Source: Polyangiaceae bacterium (lineage in GTDB: Bacteria; Myxococcota_A; Polyangia; Polyangiales; Polyangiaceae). Taken from it: DNA of 64,000 nucleotides. The stretch is taken from the NCBI GenBank assembly GCA_044222475.1, contig JBGANF010000003.1:1-64000 (forward strand), in the 5' to 3' direction. The position numbers and the translations under genes are program-made. Of the stretch, positions 31,621 through 41,777 are shown in pieces. The notes below the pieces were generated by a model. The model was not told where the DNA came from. It did not search any database and saw only the letters and a list, made by a program, of their open reading frames with translations. Each line of letters starts with the position of its first letter. The stretch's first letter is position 1.

Positions 31621-32888
31621 AACGCACGATCGCTCTACTGGGTCTGATCGCTTGTTCGTCGAGCAGCGTCGACCCACCCCAACCCGACGCGGGACCGCCG
31701 TGCGGGCTCGACACGTCGACCGTCGACTCGATGGCGACGAACCGCGCAGCGTGCACGTTCGCGGCCGGCGCGAAGGTGGCCGACTCGCTCGGGCTCGGCG
31801 CGCGCGACCGCGCGCGCATCCCGATCACGCACGTCGTCGTGGTCATGCAGGAGAACCGCTCGTTCGATCACATGCTCGGCGCCGGTAACACCTGGGACGG
31901 CGTGCCGGCGGGGTGGACCAACCCCGACGCCAAGGGCGACCCGGTCGCGGCGTTCCACATGATCAGCGGCACGAACGGCTGCCTGTTCAACGACCCGCCG
32001 CACCAGGGCGCGGCGATGCTCGCCGGCTGGAACAAAGGCGCGATGGACGGCTTCGTGAAGAGCGCGGCCGTGTCGGGGAGCGACGGTCGGTACGTGATGG
32101 GCCACTACGACGAAGGCGACCTGCCCTTCTACTACTTCCTCGCGAGGACGTTCGCGACGAGCGACCGCTACTTCAGCTCCGCGCTGGCGGGAACTTGGGC
32201 CAACCGCGACTACCTCTACGCCGGCACGTCCGACGGCATCACCGACACGGGCGCCGGCGTGCTCACCAAGCCGACGATCTTCGAAGCGCTCGACGGAGCG
32301 CAGGTGAGCTGGGGCGTCTACACCGACGGAAATCCGCGCCAAGACAGCCTGGGATGGACCAAGTTCCACGCTGGGGTGCACGGCTTCCAGGCGTTCCTCG
32401 ACGCCCTCGCCGACGGCTCGTTGCCTGCCGTCTCGTTCGTCGATCCCGGAGGCTCGCAGGACGAGCACCCGCCCGGCGACGTGCGCGGCGGCGAGGTCTG
32501 GGGGCGGCGCATCGTCGAGGCCGCAACGACGAGCGCGCTCTGGAAGGAGCTCGCGCTCTTCTACACGTACGACGAAGCCGGCGGACTCGCGGACCACGTG
32601 CCTCCGCCCGCCGCGTGTCTCGCCGCGCCCGACCAGACGCGGTTCGATCACTTGGGCATCCGTGTCCCGCTCTACCTGGTGTCGCCGTGGGCGCGCATGG
32701 GCTTCGTCTCGCGCGTGAACCACGACCACACCTCGATCCTCCGCTTCATCGAGATGCTGTTCGATCTTCCCGCGCTCACCGGTCGCGACGCGAACGCCGA
32801 CGCGATGCTCGACCTGTTCGACTTCAAGTGCGGTCGCGACATGACGCCACCGGTGCTTCCGGCCGCAGGTGCCGGTCACTGCCCTTGA
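31617..32888 (+). CDS. Phosphoesterase (phospholipase C / AcpA acid phosphatase family) lipoprotein
   Basis: LIAC lipobox; HVVVVMQENRSFDHMLG, TYDEAGG, GIRVP and DHTSILRFIE motifs. Confidence 0.9.
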   Translation: MKRTIALLGLIACSSSSVDPPQPDAGPPCGLDTSTVDSMATNRAACTFAAGAKVADSLGLGARDRARIPITHVVVVMQENRSFDHMLGAGNTWDGVPAGWTNPDAKGDPVAAFHMISGTNGCLFNDPPHQGAAMLAGWNKGAMDGFVKSAAVSGSDGRYVMGHYDEGDLPFYYFLARTFATSDRYFSSALAGTWANRDYLYAGTSDGITDTGAGVLTKPTIFEALDGAQVSWGVYTDGNPRQDSLGWTKFHAGVHGFQAFLDALADGSLPAVSFVDPGGSQDEHPPGDVRGGEVWGRRIVEAATTSALWKELALFYTYDEAGGLADHVPPPAACLAAPDQTRFDHLGIRVPLYLVSPWARMGFVSRVNHDHTSILRFIEMLFDLPALTGRDANADAMLDLFDFKCGRDMTPPVLPAAGAGHCP

Positions 32889-32891
32889 GCG

Positions 32892-34280
32892 TCACTTCGG
32901 CGGAGGCGGCCGCATCGACGCTTTCCGTGCCGGCATGACGATCGCGACCTCCGTTCCGCGACCGACCTCACTCTTGATCTCGACGTGACCGCCGACCGCG
33001 GTCACGAGCCCGTAGACCGCCGAGAGCCCGAGCCCGCTCTTCTGCGCGCTCTTCACGTTGCCCGCGCCGCGCGAGTAGAACGGATCGAAGACGCGCGAGA
33101 TCTGATCCGCCGGGATCCCCGCCCCCTGGTCCGCGACCGAGAGCACGACGCGATCGCCCTCGGCGCGCACCGTCGCTTCGATCGTTCCGCCGCTCGGCAT
33201 CGCTTCGATCGCGTTGCGCGCGACCTGGAAGAGCGCCTCGGCCAGGGCCGACACGTGCACCTCGATCGCGCCGATGTTCGCGTCGTAGTGGCGCTCGACG
33301 ACGACGCCGGAGCGCGCGCGGCCGATCGCGCTCTCCAGCGCGAAATCCAGCATCGCCGCGACGTCGGCGGGCTCGAGGACTCCTTCGGCGGCCATCGCGA
33401 AGCGGCGCAGTCGATCGACGGTTCTCTTGATGCGCGCGAGGCCGCCGTCGCTCCGAGTCAACGCGCCGCGCGCGAGCGCCACGTCGCGGTCGAGATCGCG
33501 CGCCACCTGCGCGTTCGACGCGATGCTGATCGCGAGCGCGTTGTTGAGCTCGTGCGCCATTCCACCGACGAGGACGCGCAGCGCTTCGAGCTTCTCGACG
33601 ATGACGAGCTGCTCTTGGAGCCGGCGCAGACGTTGGACCGCCGCGGCGAGCCGCTCGACGCGGAGGAACGTCGCCAGGGTGCGCTCGCTCCGACGCTTCG
33701 CGAGAACGACGACCGCGATGCCGACCGACACCGTGACGAGGTGCACCGGCGGCGGCGCGGAAGGACCCGCCACGAGGAGCGCGAGGTACGAGCCGGCCGC
33801 GCTGGCGGCGGCGACCGGAACCGGTGACGGCACGAGGACACCGAAGAAGATCGCGAGCAGCGGGAGGAGGAACACGTACGGGCTCGCCGCGCCGCCGGTC
33901 GCCCGGCAGGCGATGCCGTACCCGAACAGGCACATCGAGACCGCGACTCCGTGGAGCCACGCGAGGGCGACGTTGCTCGTCATGCGCGGCGCGACCGCCG
34001 CGGTGACGGCGGCGACGAGCACGACGACGACCTCGGCTGCGGTCGCCGCCGGCTCCGGCGGAAAATACGAGAGGAACCGATCGCAGAGCGCGAGCAGGAG
34101 CGTCGTCAAGGCGAGCCCGGCGTAGGCGAGCGTCATCGCGCGCGCGAGCTCGTGGCGGCGCTCGGAGAGGTAGCGCTTCCGCGGCCGCCCCGAGCGGCGG
34201 GCCTGTGCATCGTATCGCGTGGCGCGGTCGCGCAGCTCCGCGGGGGGCGGCAGGGAGAACGTCTTTTTCTCGCCGCTCAT
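32892..34280 (-). CDS. Membrane sensor histidine kinase (no response regulator in the window)
   Basis: Several TM helices; H-box AHELNN, N-box NAIEA, DQGAG, FDPFYS and GLGLS. Confidence 0.9.
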   Translation of the reverse strand: MSGEKKTFSLPPPAELRDRATRYDAQARRSGRPRKRYLSERRHELARAMTLAYAGLALTTLLLALCDRFLSYFPPEPAATAAEVVVVLVAAVTAAVAPRMTSNVALAWLHGVAVSMCLFGYGIACRATGGAASPYVFLLPLLAIFFGVLVPSPVPVAAASAAGSYLALLVAGPSAPPPVHLVTVSVGIAVVVLAKRRSERTLATFLRVERLAAAVQRLRRLQEQLVIVEKLEALRVLVGGMAHELNNALAISIASNAQVARDLDRDVALARGALTRSDGGLARIKRTVDRLRRFAMAAEGVLEPADVAAMLDFALESAIGRARSGVVVERHYDANIGAIEVHVSALAEALFQVARNAIEAMPSGGTIEATVRAEGDRVVLSVADQGAGIPADQISRVFDPFYSRGAGNVKSAQKSGLGLSAVYGLVTAVGGHVEIKSEVGRGTEVAIVMPARKASMRPPPPK

Positions 34281-34313
34281 CGTGCGCGAGCATACTGCCA
34301 CATCCGCGGCGCG

Positions 34314-35201
34314 TCAGAACGGAAGCTGGAGCGCGACGCTGCCGCCGCCGAACGCGAGCGCCGGCGCCGGTCGCTGCGGCTTCGGTGCCACGAAGAGCAC
34401 GACGATGCCGGCCGCCGCGAGGACGACGCCACCGATCAAGGTCACGTCAGCAAGGGTGCGGAACGTCGTCCCAGTGCTCTTGGCGGTCGGGTCTTGATAC
34501 CGAGCCTCGCCCACGGTGTTGTACTGGTGCGAGAGATCGAGCGCGCGCACGCCGGCGAAGATGCCGATGCCGAGCGAGACGGCCCCCGCCCCGACGAGCG
34601 AGAAGCCGATGATCTGCGCCGCCGTCGGGCCACCCGCCGGCGGGGGCTCGTCGAGCGCGACGAGCGAGATCGCGGCATCCGTCCCCTGCAACGTCACCGG
34701 GACGGTCTGCTCCTGCGCGACGTGACCGGCAGCCTCGGCGTGGACGCGATGCTCACCCAAGACCGCCCGCACCTCGGCCTTGCCGTCGGCGATGGCGACC
34801 GGCTCGCCGTCGACCGTCACGCGCGCGGAGGTCGGCGTGACGCGAACGTGCATCGTACCAAGATGGGACTTCACTTCGGCGAGCGTGCGTCGAGCCGTCT
34901 CCACCTCGTCGGCGGCTGCCCCTTCGTCCTGCGTGAGGAAGGCGACGAGCGCCTTCTCGGCGAGCACCCACGCCTCGGTCCGAGCCCGGGCGAGCCCGAG
35001 GTCGAGGAGGATGCTCGGGTGGGGGTACAGCGCATATGCCCGCTCGAGCTCGGTCCGCGCCGTGGCCCAATCCTGCTTCTCGATGGCGGCCACGCCGCGC
35101 CGAAACGCGGCGCGCGAGTCCTCGCGTGGGTCGTCGGCGCGCGCCTGGCTCGTGATCACGAGCGCGGCGACGAGACCGATGGCGAGCGCGCGGAAGCGCA
35201 T
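34314..35201 (-). CDS. Secreted TPR + PEGA domain protein
   Basis: Signal peptide; TPR (AFRRGVAAIEKQDWATA...); PEGA (VTPTSARVTVDG...GEHRVHAEAAGH); two hydrophobic segments; ends LQLPF. Confidence 0.82.
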   Translation of the reverse strand: MRFRALAIGLVAALVITSQARADDPREDSRAAFRRGVAAIEKQDWATARTELERAYALYPHPSILLDLGLARARTEAWVLAEKALVAFLTQDEGAAADEVETARRTLAEVKSHLGTMHVRVTPTSARVTVDGEPVAIADGKAEVRAVLGEHRVHAEAAGHVAQEQTVPVTLQGTDAAISLVALDEPPPAGGPTAAQIIGFSLVGAGAVSLGIGIFAGVRALDLSHQYNTVGEARYQDPTAKSTGTTFRTLADVTLIGGVVLAAAGIVVLFVAPKPQRPAPALAFGGGSVALQLPF

Positions 35202-35229
35202 CGTCACCACCGATAGCACACCCCGCCCG

Positions 35230-36603
35230 TCAGTAGCGCGGCTGGGTCGTGATGTGGGTCGCGCTCGGCTGGGGCTTCTTGATCGAAGCCGCACCGGCCG
35301 TGCCGCCTGCCCCGCCGGTCGGGCGCCGAATCGTGCCGACGCCCGTGAGGTGCGGCTTCGGGCGAGCCCCGGCGTCGACGGGATCGTCCATGTCGACCGG
35401 GACGACGACCTCCGCGCTCGACGGCGGCGGATCGGTCGCGACCGAGGTCGGCGGGATGGTCGCCGTCGGCGGCGACGTGACGGCGCCGACGACCTCGGGC
35501 GGGGGACGAGCCGGTGGCGAGATCACGTCGCGAAGGAGGACCAGCAGGACGAGCACCGCGATCGCACCCGTGATCGCCGCCACCGCGACGCCGGCCTTGG
35601 ATCCGAGCGACGGAGTGCGCGCTTGCGACACGGCGGTGAGCACGGTCTCGGAGGGGAGCGCATTTCCGCCGGTCGGCATCGGCATGATCGCGCGCGGCGG
35701 CTCGGTCGCGGGGCCGAGGAGGCGCACCGCCCGGAGCATCTCCATGGCGGACGAGAACCGGTCCTCCGGTTTGCGCGCGAGCCCCTTCGCGAGGAGCGCG
35801 TCGAGCTTCTCGGGCACGACGACCTGCGCGAAATCGCGAAGCCGCTTCGGCTTCGCTTCGAGCTTCTCGGCGAGGATCGCCATCTGCGTCGTCGCCTCGA
35901 ACGGGAGCCGACCGCAGAGCGCCTCGAACACGATCAACGCGACGGAGTAGAGGTCGGCGCGACCGTCGACGTTCGAGGCGCCCCGGATCTGCTCCGGCGC
36001 CATGTACGTCACGGTGCCCACGGACTCGCCGGTGACGGTGAGCTTCTCGCCGTCGGTCGCGTCGAGCTTGCAGACGCCGAAATCGAGGATGAACGCGCGC
36101 TGAGGCGGCGGCCCGGAGTGCGCGAGCGGGTGGAGCGAGCTCTGCGGGATCGTGGGCGCGTCCATCGCTTCGAGGAACACGTTTCCCGGCTTGAGGTCTC
36201 GATGGACGACGCCCGCGGCGTGCGCGTCGGCGAGACCTTGGAGGACGTCTTCGACGATCGGGCGCAGCTCGGCCCAACCCAGCACCCCGCTCTCGCGAAT
36301 GCGCTGCGACAGCGAGATGCCGTGGAGCAAGCGCATGACGAGGTAGAGCTCGCCCTCTTCGGTGCGGTCGACGTCGTACACCTCCGGGACGTACGTGCTC
36401 TTGACGCGGCGGGCCGCGATCGCCTCGCGCTCGAGGCGCGCCATGAGCGTGTCGTCGACCACGCGCCGGCTGACGACCTTGATCGCGACCTCGGCCCCGT
36501 CGGCGAGGCGGCGCGCGGCGAAGACTTCGCCCATGCCGCCGCGTCCGATGCTCGACGCGATGCGGTACTTGCCGCCGACGATGGATCCGGTCTCGATGGG
36601 CAC
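35230..36603 (-). CDS. Membrane-anchored Hanks-type Ser/Thr protein kinase
   Basis: GRGGMG, VAIK, HRDLKPGN, DFG and YMAPE motifs; TM helix; Pro/Thr-rich tail. Confidence 0.94.
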   Translation of the reverse strand: MPIETGSIVGGKYRIASSIGRGGMGEVFAARRLADGAEVAIKVVSRRVVDDTLMARLEREAIAARRVKSTYVPEVYDVDRTEEGELYLVMRLLHGISLSQRIRESGVLGWAELRPIVEDVLQGLADAHAAGVVHRDLKPGNVFLEAMDAPTIPQSSLHPLAHSGPPPQRAFILDFGVCKLDATDGEKLTVTGESVGTVTYMAPEQIRGASNVDGRADLYSVALIVFEALCGRLPFEATTQMAILAEKLEAKPKRLRDFAQVVVPEKLDALLAKGLARKPEDRFSSAMEMLRAVRLLGPATEPPRAIMPMPTGGNALPSETVLTAVSQARTPSLGSKAGVAVAAITGAIAVLVLLVLLRDVISPPARPPPEVVGAVTSPPTATIPPTSVATDPPPSSAEVVVPVDMDDPVDAGARPKPHLTGVGTIRRPTGGAGGTAGAASIKKPQPSATHITTQPRY

Positions 36604-36646
36604 TTCTACGAGCGAATCGTAGCGCGAATCCGAGCGCGCGAGAAAA

Positions 36647-38311
36647 TCAGGCGCGGAGCTCGTTCTTGAGGACTTTTCCGGTCGGGTTTCGCGGGAGCTT
36701 GTCGATGAGGGCGTACTCGCGTGGGATCTTCGGCCCCGCGAGGCGCTCGCGCAGGAAGGTCTTGAGCTCGTCGAGGTCGAGCTTCTCGCCCGGCATGGTG
36801 ACGACGAACGCCTTCACCTTCTCGCCCCACTCGGCATCGGGGACGCCGATGACCGCGGCCTCGAAGATCTTCGGGTGCTCCTCGAGCGCGGCTTCGACCT
36901 CGGCGGGGTAGACGTTCACGCCGCCGGAGATCACCATGTCGCGCTTGCGGCCCTCGATGAAGTAGCGGCCGTTCTCGTCGACGCGGGCGAGATCGCCGAC
37001 GCTGAAGAACCCCTCGCGCATGCTGTCGTTCGTGGCGTCGTCGTTCTTGTGGTAGCCGGCCACGAGCTGGCCGTTCTTGACGTAGAGCTCACCGATGCCG
37101 CCGGCCGGGACCTCGCGCCCGTCGTCGTCGAGGAGGCGGATCGCGTTGCCCGGCAGCGCCTTGCCGATCGTGCCGGGGGCGGCGCGGAGATCGGCGGGCT
37201 TGCCCAGCGTGACGACGCCGGTCTCGGTCGCGCCGTAGAAGTTGTAGACGATGTCGCCGAGGAGATTCATCGCGTCGTTGGCGAGCTGACCGGTGAGCGC
37301 CGCGCCTCCGCAGAAGATGGCCCGGAGCGAGCGCGTTCGATAGCGGGCCATGACGGCGCGATCGACCGAGACGATCCGCTGGAGCATCGTCGGCACGAGC
37401 GCGGTGGTGGTGACGCGGTGGCGCTCGACGAGCTCGAAGAACACCTCGGGTTTGAACTCGTCGGCGATGACGGCGGTCGCTCCGACGAGGTGAGTGAACG
37501 TGATGAAGCCGTACGCCGTCATGTGATAGAGCGGACACACGACGAGGTGAACGTCGCTCGTGTGGAGCGGCGTCTCGGAGATGAACTCGAGCGCCGAGAC
37601 GAAGGTGTCTCGGGGAAAACGTCGCACGGCGCCTTTGGGCTTCCCGGTCGTGCCGGACGTGTAGGTCACGACCGCTGCGGCCTCGTCGTCGCCTTCGAGC
37701 GTGGCCGGTGGAGCGTGGAGCACGTCCTCGTAGTAGGTCGTGCCGGGGACTTTCTCGCCGACCGCGACGAGGCGCTCGCGCGGGAAACCGACGAGCTTCG
37801 CGGCTTCGTCGATCGTCGGGAAGAGATCGTGCTCGAACACGACGAAGCGGGCCCCGCTGTTCTCCATGAGGAACGCGAGCTCCTTGGCGGTCGATCGGTA
37901 CGACACGGCCACGGACGCGCAGCCGACGCGCTGGAGGCCGGCCGACACCTCGACGAACTCGGGTCGGTTGCGGAGGACGACGAGGACGCTCTCCTTGCGG
38001 ACGAGGCCGCGCCGCCGAAGACCCTCGCCGAAGCGCGCGAGGCGGTTCTCGAGCTCGCCGAACGTCAAGACGCGGCCGCGGTGGATCAACGCCGGGTGGT
38101 CGGGGCGGTTGGCGCCGTGAATGGCGTAGATCGAGGACGGGTTCTGGTGCTCGCGACCGAAGACCTTGATCATCTGGCGAAGGCCCGGACGCTGGAGCTC
38201 CCAGACGAGCCCGCTCGACGTTCCCATCTTCGTGGCCGCCCGAACCCGCCGAGGAAGGTCCGCGAGGCGTTGGCGGAGCGCGGTGTAGCGAGAGGGGGCG
38301 GGCGCGGTCAT
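36647..38311 (-). CDS. AMP-binding acyl-CoA synthetase
   Basis: YTSGTTGKPKG, YGATE, GDLA, SGGVNVYP and PRNPTGK motifs. Confidence 0.92.
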   Translation of the reverse strand: MTAPAPSRYTALRQRLADLPRRVRAATKMGTSSGLVWELQRPGLRQMIKVFGREHQNPSSIYAIHGANRPDHPALIHRGRVLTFGELENRLARFGEGLRRRGLVRKESVLVVLRNRPEFVEVSAGLQRVGCASVAVSYRSTAKELAFLMENSGARFVVFEHDLFPTIDEAAKLVGFPRERLVAVGEKVPGTTYYEDVLHAPPATLEGDDEAAAVVTYTSGTTGKPKGAVRRFPRDTFVSALEFISETPLHTSDVHLVVCPLYHMTAYGFITFTHLVGATAVIADEFKPEVFFELVERHRVTTTALVPTMLQRIVSVDRAVMARYRTRSLRAIFCGGAALTGQLANDAMNLLGDIVYNFYGATETGVVTLGKPADLRAAPGTIGKALPGNAIRLLDDDGREVPAGGIGELYVKNGQLVAGYHKNDDATNDSMREGFFSVGDLARVDENGRYFIEGRKRDMVISGGVNVYPAEVEAALEEHPKIFEAAVIGVPDAEWGEKVKAFVVTMPGEKLDLDELKTFLRERLAGPKIPREYALIDKLPRNPTGKVLKNELRA

Positions 38312-38359
38312 GGCCAGAAAATAGCTAAGGAATGAACGCCGGTGGTAGCATCTTCGGCG

Positions 38360-38776
38360 ATGGCGGAAGAAAACGTGACCGACAAGCGAGACGACGATCG
38401 CGCGGCGATCACGCTGAAGGTCGACTACAAACGGCTGAACACCTTCTTCGCCGACTACACGAAGAACATCTCCAAGGGCGGGACGTTCATTCGGACGAGC
38501 AAGCCGCTCGACGTCGGGACCGAGTTCATGTTCGTGCTCTCGCTGCCGTCGCAGAACGAGCAGCTCACGCTGCGAGGCAAGGTCGTGTGGGTCACCACCG
38601 AGGCCGAAGCGAACGAGGACGCCGGGAAGCCGCCGGGGATGGGCATTCGGTTCCTGTTCAGCAACGACTCCGAGCGGGACACGATCCACGACTTCGTGGA
38701 GAGACTGATGGCGGAGGCTCTCGGCGAGCACATCTCGCAGAAGCTCCTGGCGAAGAAGCCGAGCGAAGAGAACTAG
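38360..38776 (+). CDS. Stand-alone PilZ-domain protein (myxobacterial TIGR02266-like)
   Basis: RxxxR (RDDDR), NISKGG.FIRT and PPGMGIRF motifs. Confidence 0.88.
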   Translation: MAEENVTDKRDDDRAAITLKVDYKRLNTFFADYTKNISKGGTFIRTSKPLDVGTEFMFVLSLPSQNEQLTLRGKVVWVTTEAEANEDAGKPPGMGIRFLFSNDSERDTIHDFVERLMAEALGEHISQKLLAKKPSEEN

Positions 38777-38780
38777 CGGA

Positions 38781-38820
38781 CCCGCTCCCCCTCCCGCTCC
38801 CGCTCCCCCTCCCGCTCCGC
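38781..38820. repeat. Short CTCCC(G/C) hexamer tandem repeat between convergent genes
   Basis: Sequence reads cccgctccccctcccgctcccgctccccctcccgctccgc. Confidence 0.7.
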
Positions 38821-38827
38821 AGACCCC

Positions 38828-39796
38828 CTAGGCGCTGAGGGCGAGCATTCGATCGATCGGGAGGCGGGCCTTTTCGCGCAGGACCGGATCCATCTCCAAC
38901 CGCGGCGAGAGATCTCGCAGCGACAGGTACACCTTCTCCAGCGTGTTCCTCTTCATGTGCGGACACTCGTTGCACGCGCAGTTCGCCTCCGGCGGCGCCG
39001 GATGGAAGGTCTTCTCCGGCGCGGCCTTCTGCATCTGATGCAGGATCCCCGCCTCGGTCGCCACGATGAACTCCTTCTTCGGGCTCGACACCGCGTACTT
39101 CAGGATCCCCGTCGTCGATCCGATGTAGTCCGCCATCTTCAGGATGACGTCCTCGCACTCGGGGTGGGCGAGGAGCTCCGCGCCCGGGTAGCGCGTCTTC
39201 AGCGCGACGATCTTCCGCTCGGAGAACGTCTCGTGAACGATGCAGCTCCCCGGCCACAGCTCCATCTTGCGTCCGATCTTCTTCACCAACCACGCGCCGA
39301 GGTTCTTGTCGGGCGCGAAGAGCACCGGCTTGTCCTCCGGGATCGAGCGGACGATCTTCTCCGCGTTCGACGACGTCACGATGTAGTCGCTCAGGGCCTT
39401 CACCTCGGCCGAGCAGTTGATGTAGCTCACGACGACGGCGCCGGGGTGGCGCGCGATCCACGCGGCGAACTTGTCGGGCGGGCAGCCGTCGGCGAGGGAG
39501 CAGCCGGCTTCCAGGTCCGGCAGCACGACGATCCGGTTCGGGTTCAGGATCTTCGCCGTCTCGGCCATGAAGTGGACGCCAGCGAAGCAGATCACGTCGG
39601 CGTTCGTCTTCGCCGCGGCTTGGGCGAGCTGAAGCGAGTCTCCGATCACGTCGGCGACGTCCTGGATCTCCCCCTCTTGGTAGTAGTGCGCGAGGAGCAC
39701 CGCGTTGCGCGACTTCTTGAGCTTCCGGATCTCGTCCTCGAGGTCGAGCGACGGATCGATGGGAGCAGCCTGACCTGCGATGGGTAGCGAGGGCAT
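38828..39796 (-). CDS. nadA: Quinolinate synthase A
   Basis: [40 protein letters not shown] and CNECPHM motifs. Confidence 0.97.
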   Translation of the reverse strand: MPSLPIAGQAAPIDPSLDLEDEIRKLKKSRNAVLLAHYYQEGEIQDVADVIGDSLQLAQAAAKTNADVICFAGVHFMAETAKILNPNRIVVLPDLEAGCSLADGCPPDKFAAWIARHPGAVVVSYINCSAEVKALSDYIVTSSNAEKIVRSIPEDKPVLFAPDKNLGAWLVKKIGRKMELWPGSCIVHETFSERKIVALKTRYPGAELLAHPECEDVILKMADYIGSTTGILKYAVSSPKKEFIVATEAGILHQMQKAAPEKTFHPAPPEANCACNECPHMKRNTLEKVYLSLRDLSPRLEMDPVLREKARLPIDRMLALSA

Positions 39797-39881
39797 GCCG
39801 GGAACGTAGGCTCGAAGTGGCGAAGCCTCAAGGGCGGGCGCGGGAGTGGCTCGAAGCGCCGCGCGGTACTAGCATGCGCCC

Positions 39882-41777
39882 ATGCGCTCTTTGCTTCGCC
39901 ACCTCGGGCCGGTGGTCGCCCTGGTCGGCATCTTCGTCGCGTGCGGCTCGCGCACTGGGCTCCTCTACGACGAGATCCCGATCGTCGACGCGTCGATCGA
40001 TCGCGACGCCACCGTCGACGTCCTCGGAGACGGCCCCATCAAAGAGGGCGGCAAGCTCGACGTCACCGTCGACTGCCCCGACCCGCCCTACTGCGATCCG
40101 AAGGATCCCGGGTTCGTCTACCAGTGCGGCGCCCGCATCATCGAGTGCAGCTCGCTCGAGCAATGCTTCCAAGGCAAGTGCCGGAACCCGTGCGTCGACA
40201 CGCTCGGCCAAGACACGTCGAACGGGTGCGAGTTCTACGCCGCCGAGATGGACCTCACCGACGAGGCGGCTGGCGTCTGTTACGCCGTCTTCATCGTCAA
40301 CCAGTGGGAGACCGGCGAGCCCGCGCGCATCCAGGTCGACCGCGACGGCGTCACGCTTCCGATCGAGCAGTTCGCCCGCATCCCGCAAGGCACCGGGACG
40401 TCGATCACGTACGCGCCGTACAACGCGCAGGCCGGGCTCGCGAAGGATCAGATCGCGGTGTTGTTCCTGTCGCGCGATCCGGCCGCCGCCAACGATCCCA
40501 CGCCCACGAGTCCTCGCCGTCTCGCGAGCTGCCCGCCCGGCGTCACACCGGCGGTGGCGGCGGATGCCGCGCTCCACGGCACCGGCAAGGGCAAGGCGTT
40601 CCACATCAAGACCAACGTCCCGGTCGTCGCCTACAACATGCTCCCGTACGGCGCCGGTCGCGCGCGCGTCACCGGATCGACGCTCCTTCTCCCGACGAAC
40701 GTCTGGGGCGACAACTACGTCGCCGCGAACGCCTACAAAGCGCCGACGCTCTTCAGCCAGCCGCGCGCCGGGCCGACGATGATGATCCTCGCGCAGTCGG
40801 ACGCCACCACCGTCCGCATCAAGCCGACTGCCGCGATCCTCGCGGGCGGCGGGCTCGCCGGAACCGCAGCGAACACCACCGGCACGTACACGTTGAACAA
40901 GGGTGAGTACCTCCAGTTCACGCAGGTGAACGAGCTCACCGGCAGCCCCATCCAGTCGTCGGCACCGATCGCCGTCATCGGCGGCGCGACGCTGTACGAC
41001 GTTCCCACCAGCATCATTCGCGCCGACAGCGGCCACCAGATGCTGCCGCCCATCCGCGCGCTCGGCAGCGAGTACGTGGGCGTGCGCTATCGGAGCCGCG
41101 GCATCGGCGAAGAGTCGGTGCCGTGGCGCATCGTCGGTGTCGTCGCCGGAACGCAGCTCACGTGGGAGCCCTCGACGCCGCCCGGCGCCCCCACGACCCT
41201 CGGCGCCGGACAGCTCGTCGAGTGGACCTCGCCCGGCGAGTTCGTCGTCCGCAGTCAGGACAGCCAGCACCCCTTCTACCTCGCGCAGTACATGAGCGGT
41301 GGTCAGAGCTTCGACGGCGCCGGCGACCCCGAGTTCGTCAACGCGCCGACGCCCGCGCAGTACCTCCCGCGCTACACGTTCTTCACCGATCCCACCTACC
41401 CCGAGACGAACGTCGTGATCGTTCGCCAGAAGGACTCTCAGTCGAACCAGTTCCCCGACGTCGTCCTGGATTGCGCCGGGCTGTTGGGCGGCTGGAAGAA
41501 CCTCGGGACGCAGGGGAAGTACCAGTTCACGCGCGTCGATCTCTCGACTGGGAACTTCCAGGGCATCGGCTCGTGCAACAACGGGGTTCATACCATCGTG
41601 GGACAACTCGCGCAGGGCACGCCGCGCTTCGGCGTGACGGTCTGGGGCTGGGGCAACGGCATCACCTGGCCCGGCCCCGAAGAGGACAACCCGAAGTTCA
41701 CTCGCTGGGTCAGCTACGGCTACCCCGCGGGTGCCAACATCACGACGCTGAACAGCGTGGTGTTCCCGGCGCAATGA
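39882..41777 (+). CDS. IgGFc-binding-protein N-terminal domain lipoprotein
   Basis: FVAC lipobox; Cys-rich N-terminus; LLLPTNVWGDNYV, GDPEF...PAQYLPRY and SYGYPAG motifs. Confidence 0.8.
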   Translation: MRSLLRHLGPVVALVGIFVACGSRTGLLYDEIPIVDASIDRDATVDVLGDGPIKEGGKLDVTVDCPDPPYCDPKDPGFVYQCGARIIECSSLEQCFQGKCRNPCVDTLGQDTSNGCEFYAAEMDLTDEAAGVCYAVFIVNQWETGEPARIQVDRDGVTLPIEQFARIPQGTGTSITYAPYNAQAGLAKDQIAVLFLSRDPAAANDPTPTSPRRLASCPPGVTPAVAADAALHGTGKGKAFHIKTNVPVVAYNMLPYGAGRARVTGSTLLLPTNVWGDNYVAANAYKAPTLFSQPRAGPTMMILAQSDATTVRIKPTAAILAGGGLAGTAANTTGTYTLNKGEYLQFTQVNELTGSPIQSSAPIAVIGGATLYDVPTSIIRADSGHQMLPPIRALGSEYVGVRYRSRGIGEESVPWRIVGVVAGTQLTWEPSTPPGAPTTLGAGQLVEWTSPGEFVVRSQDSQHPFYLAQYMSGGQSFDGAGDPEFVNAPTPAQYLPRYTFFTDPTYPETNVVIVRQKDSQSNQFPDVVLDCAGLLGGWKNLGTQGKYQFTRVDLSTGNFQGIGSCNNGVHTIVGQLAQGTPRFGVTVWGWGNGITWPGPEEDNPKFTRWVSYGYPAGANITTLNSVVFPAQ

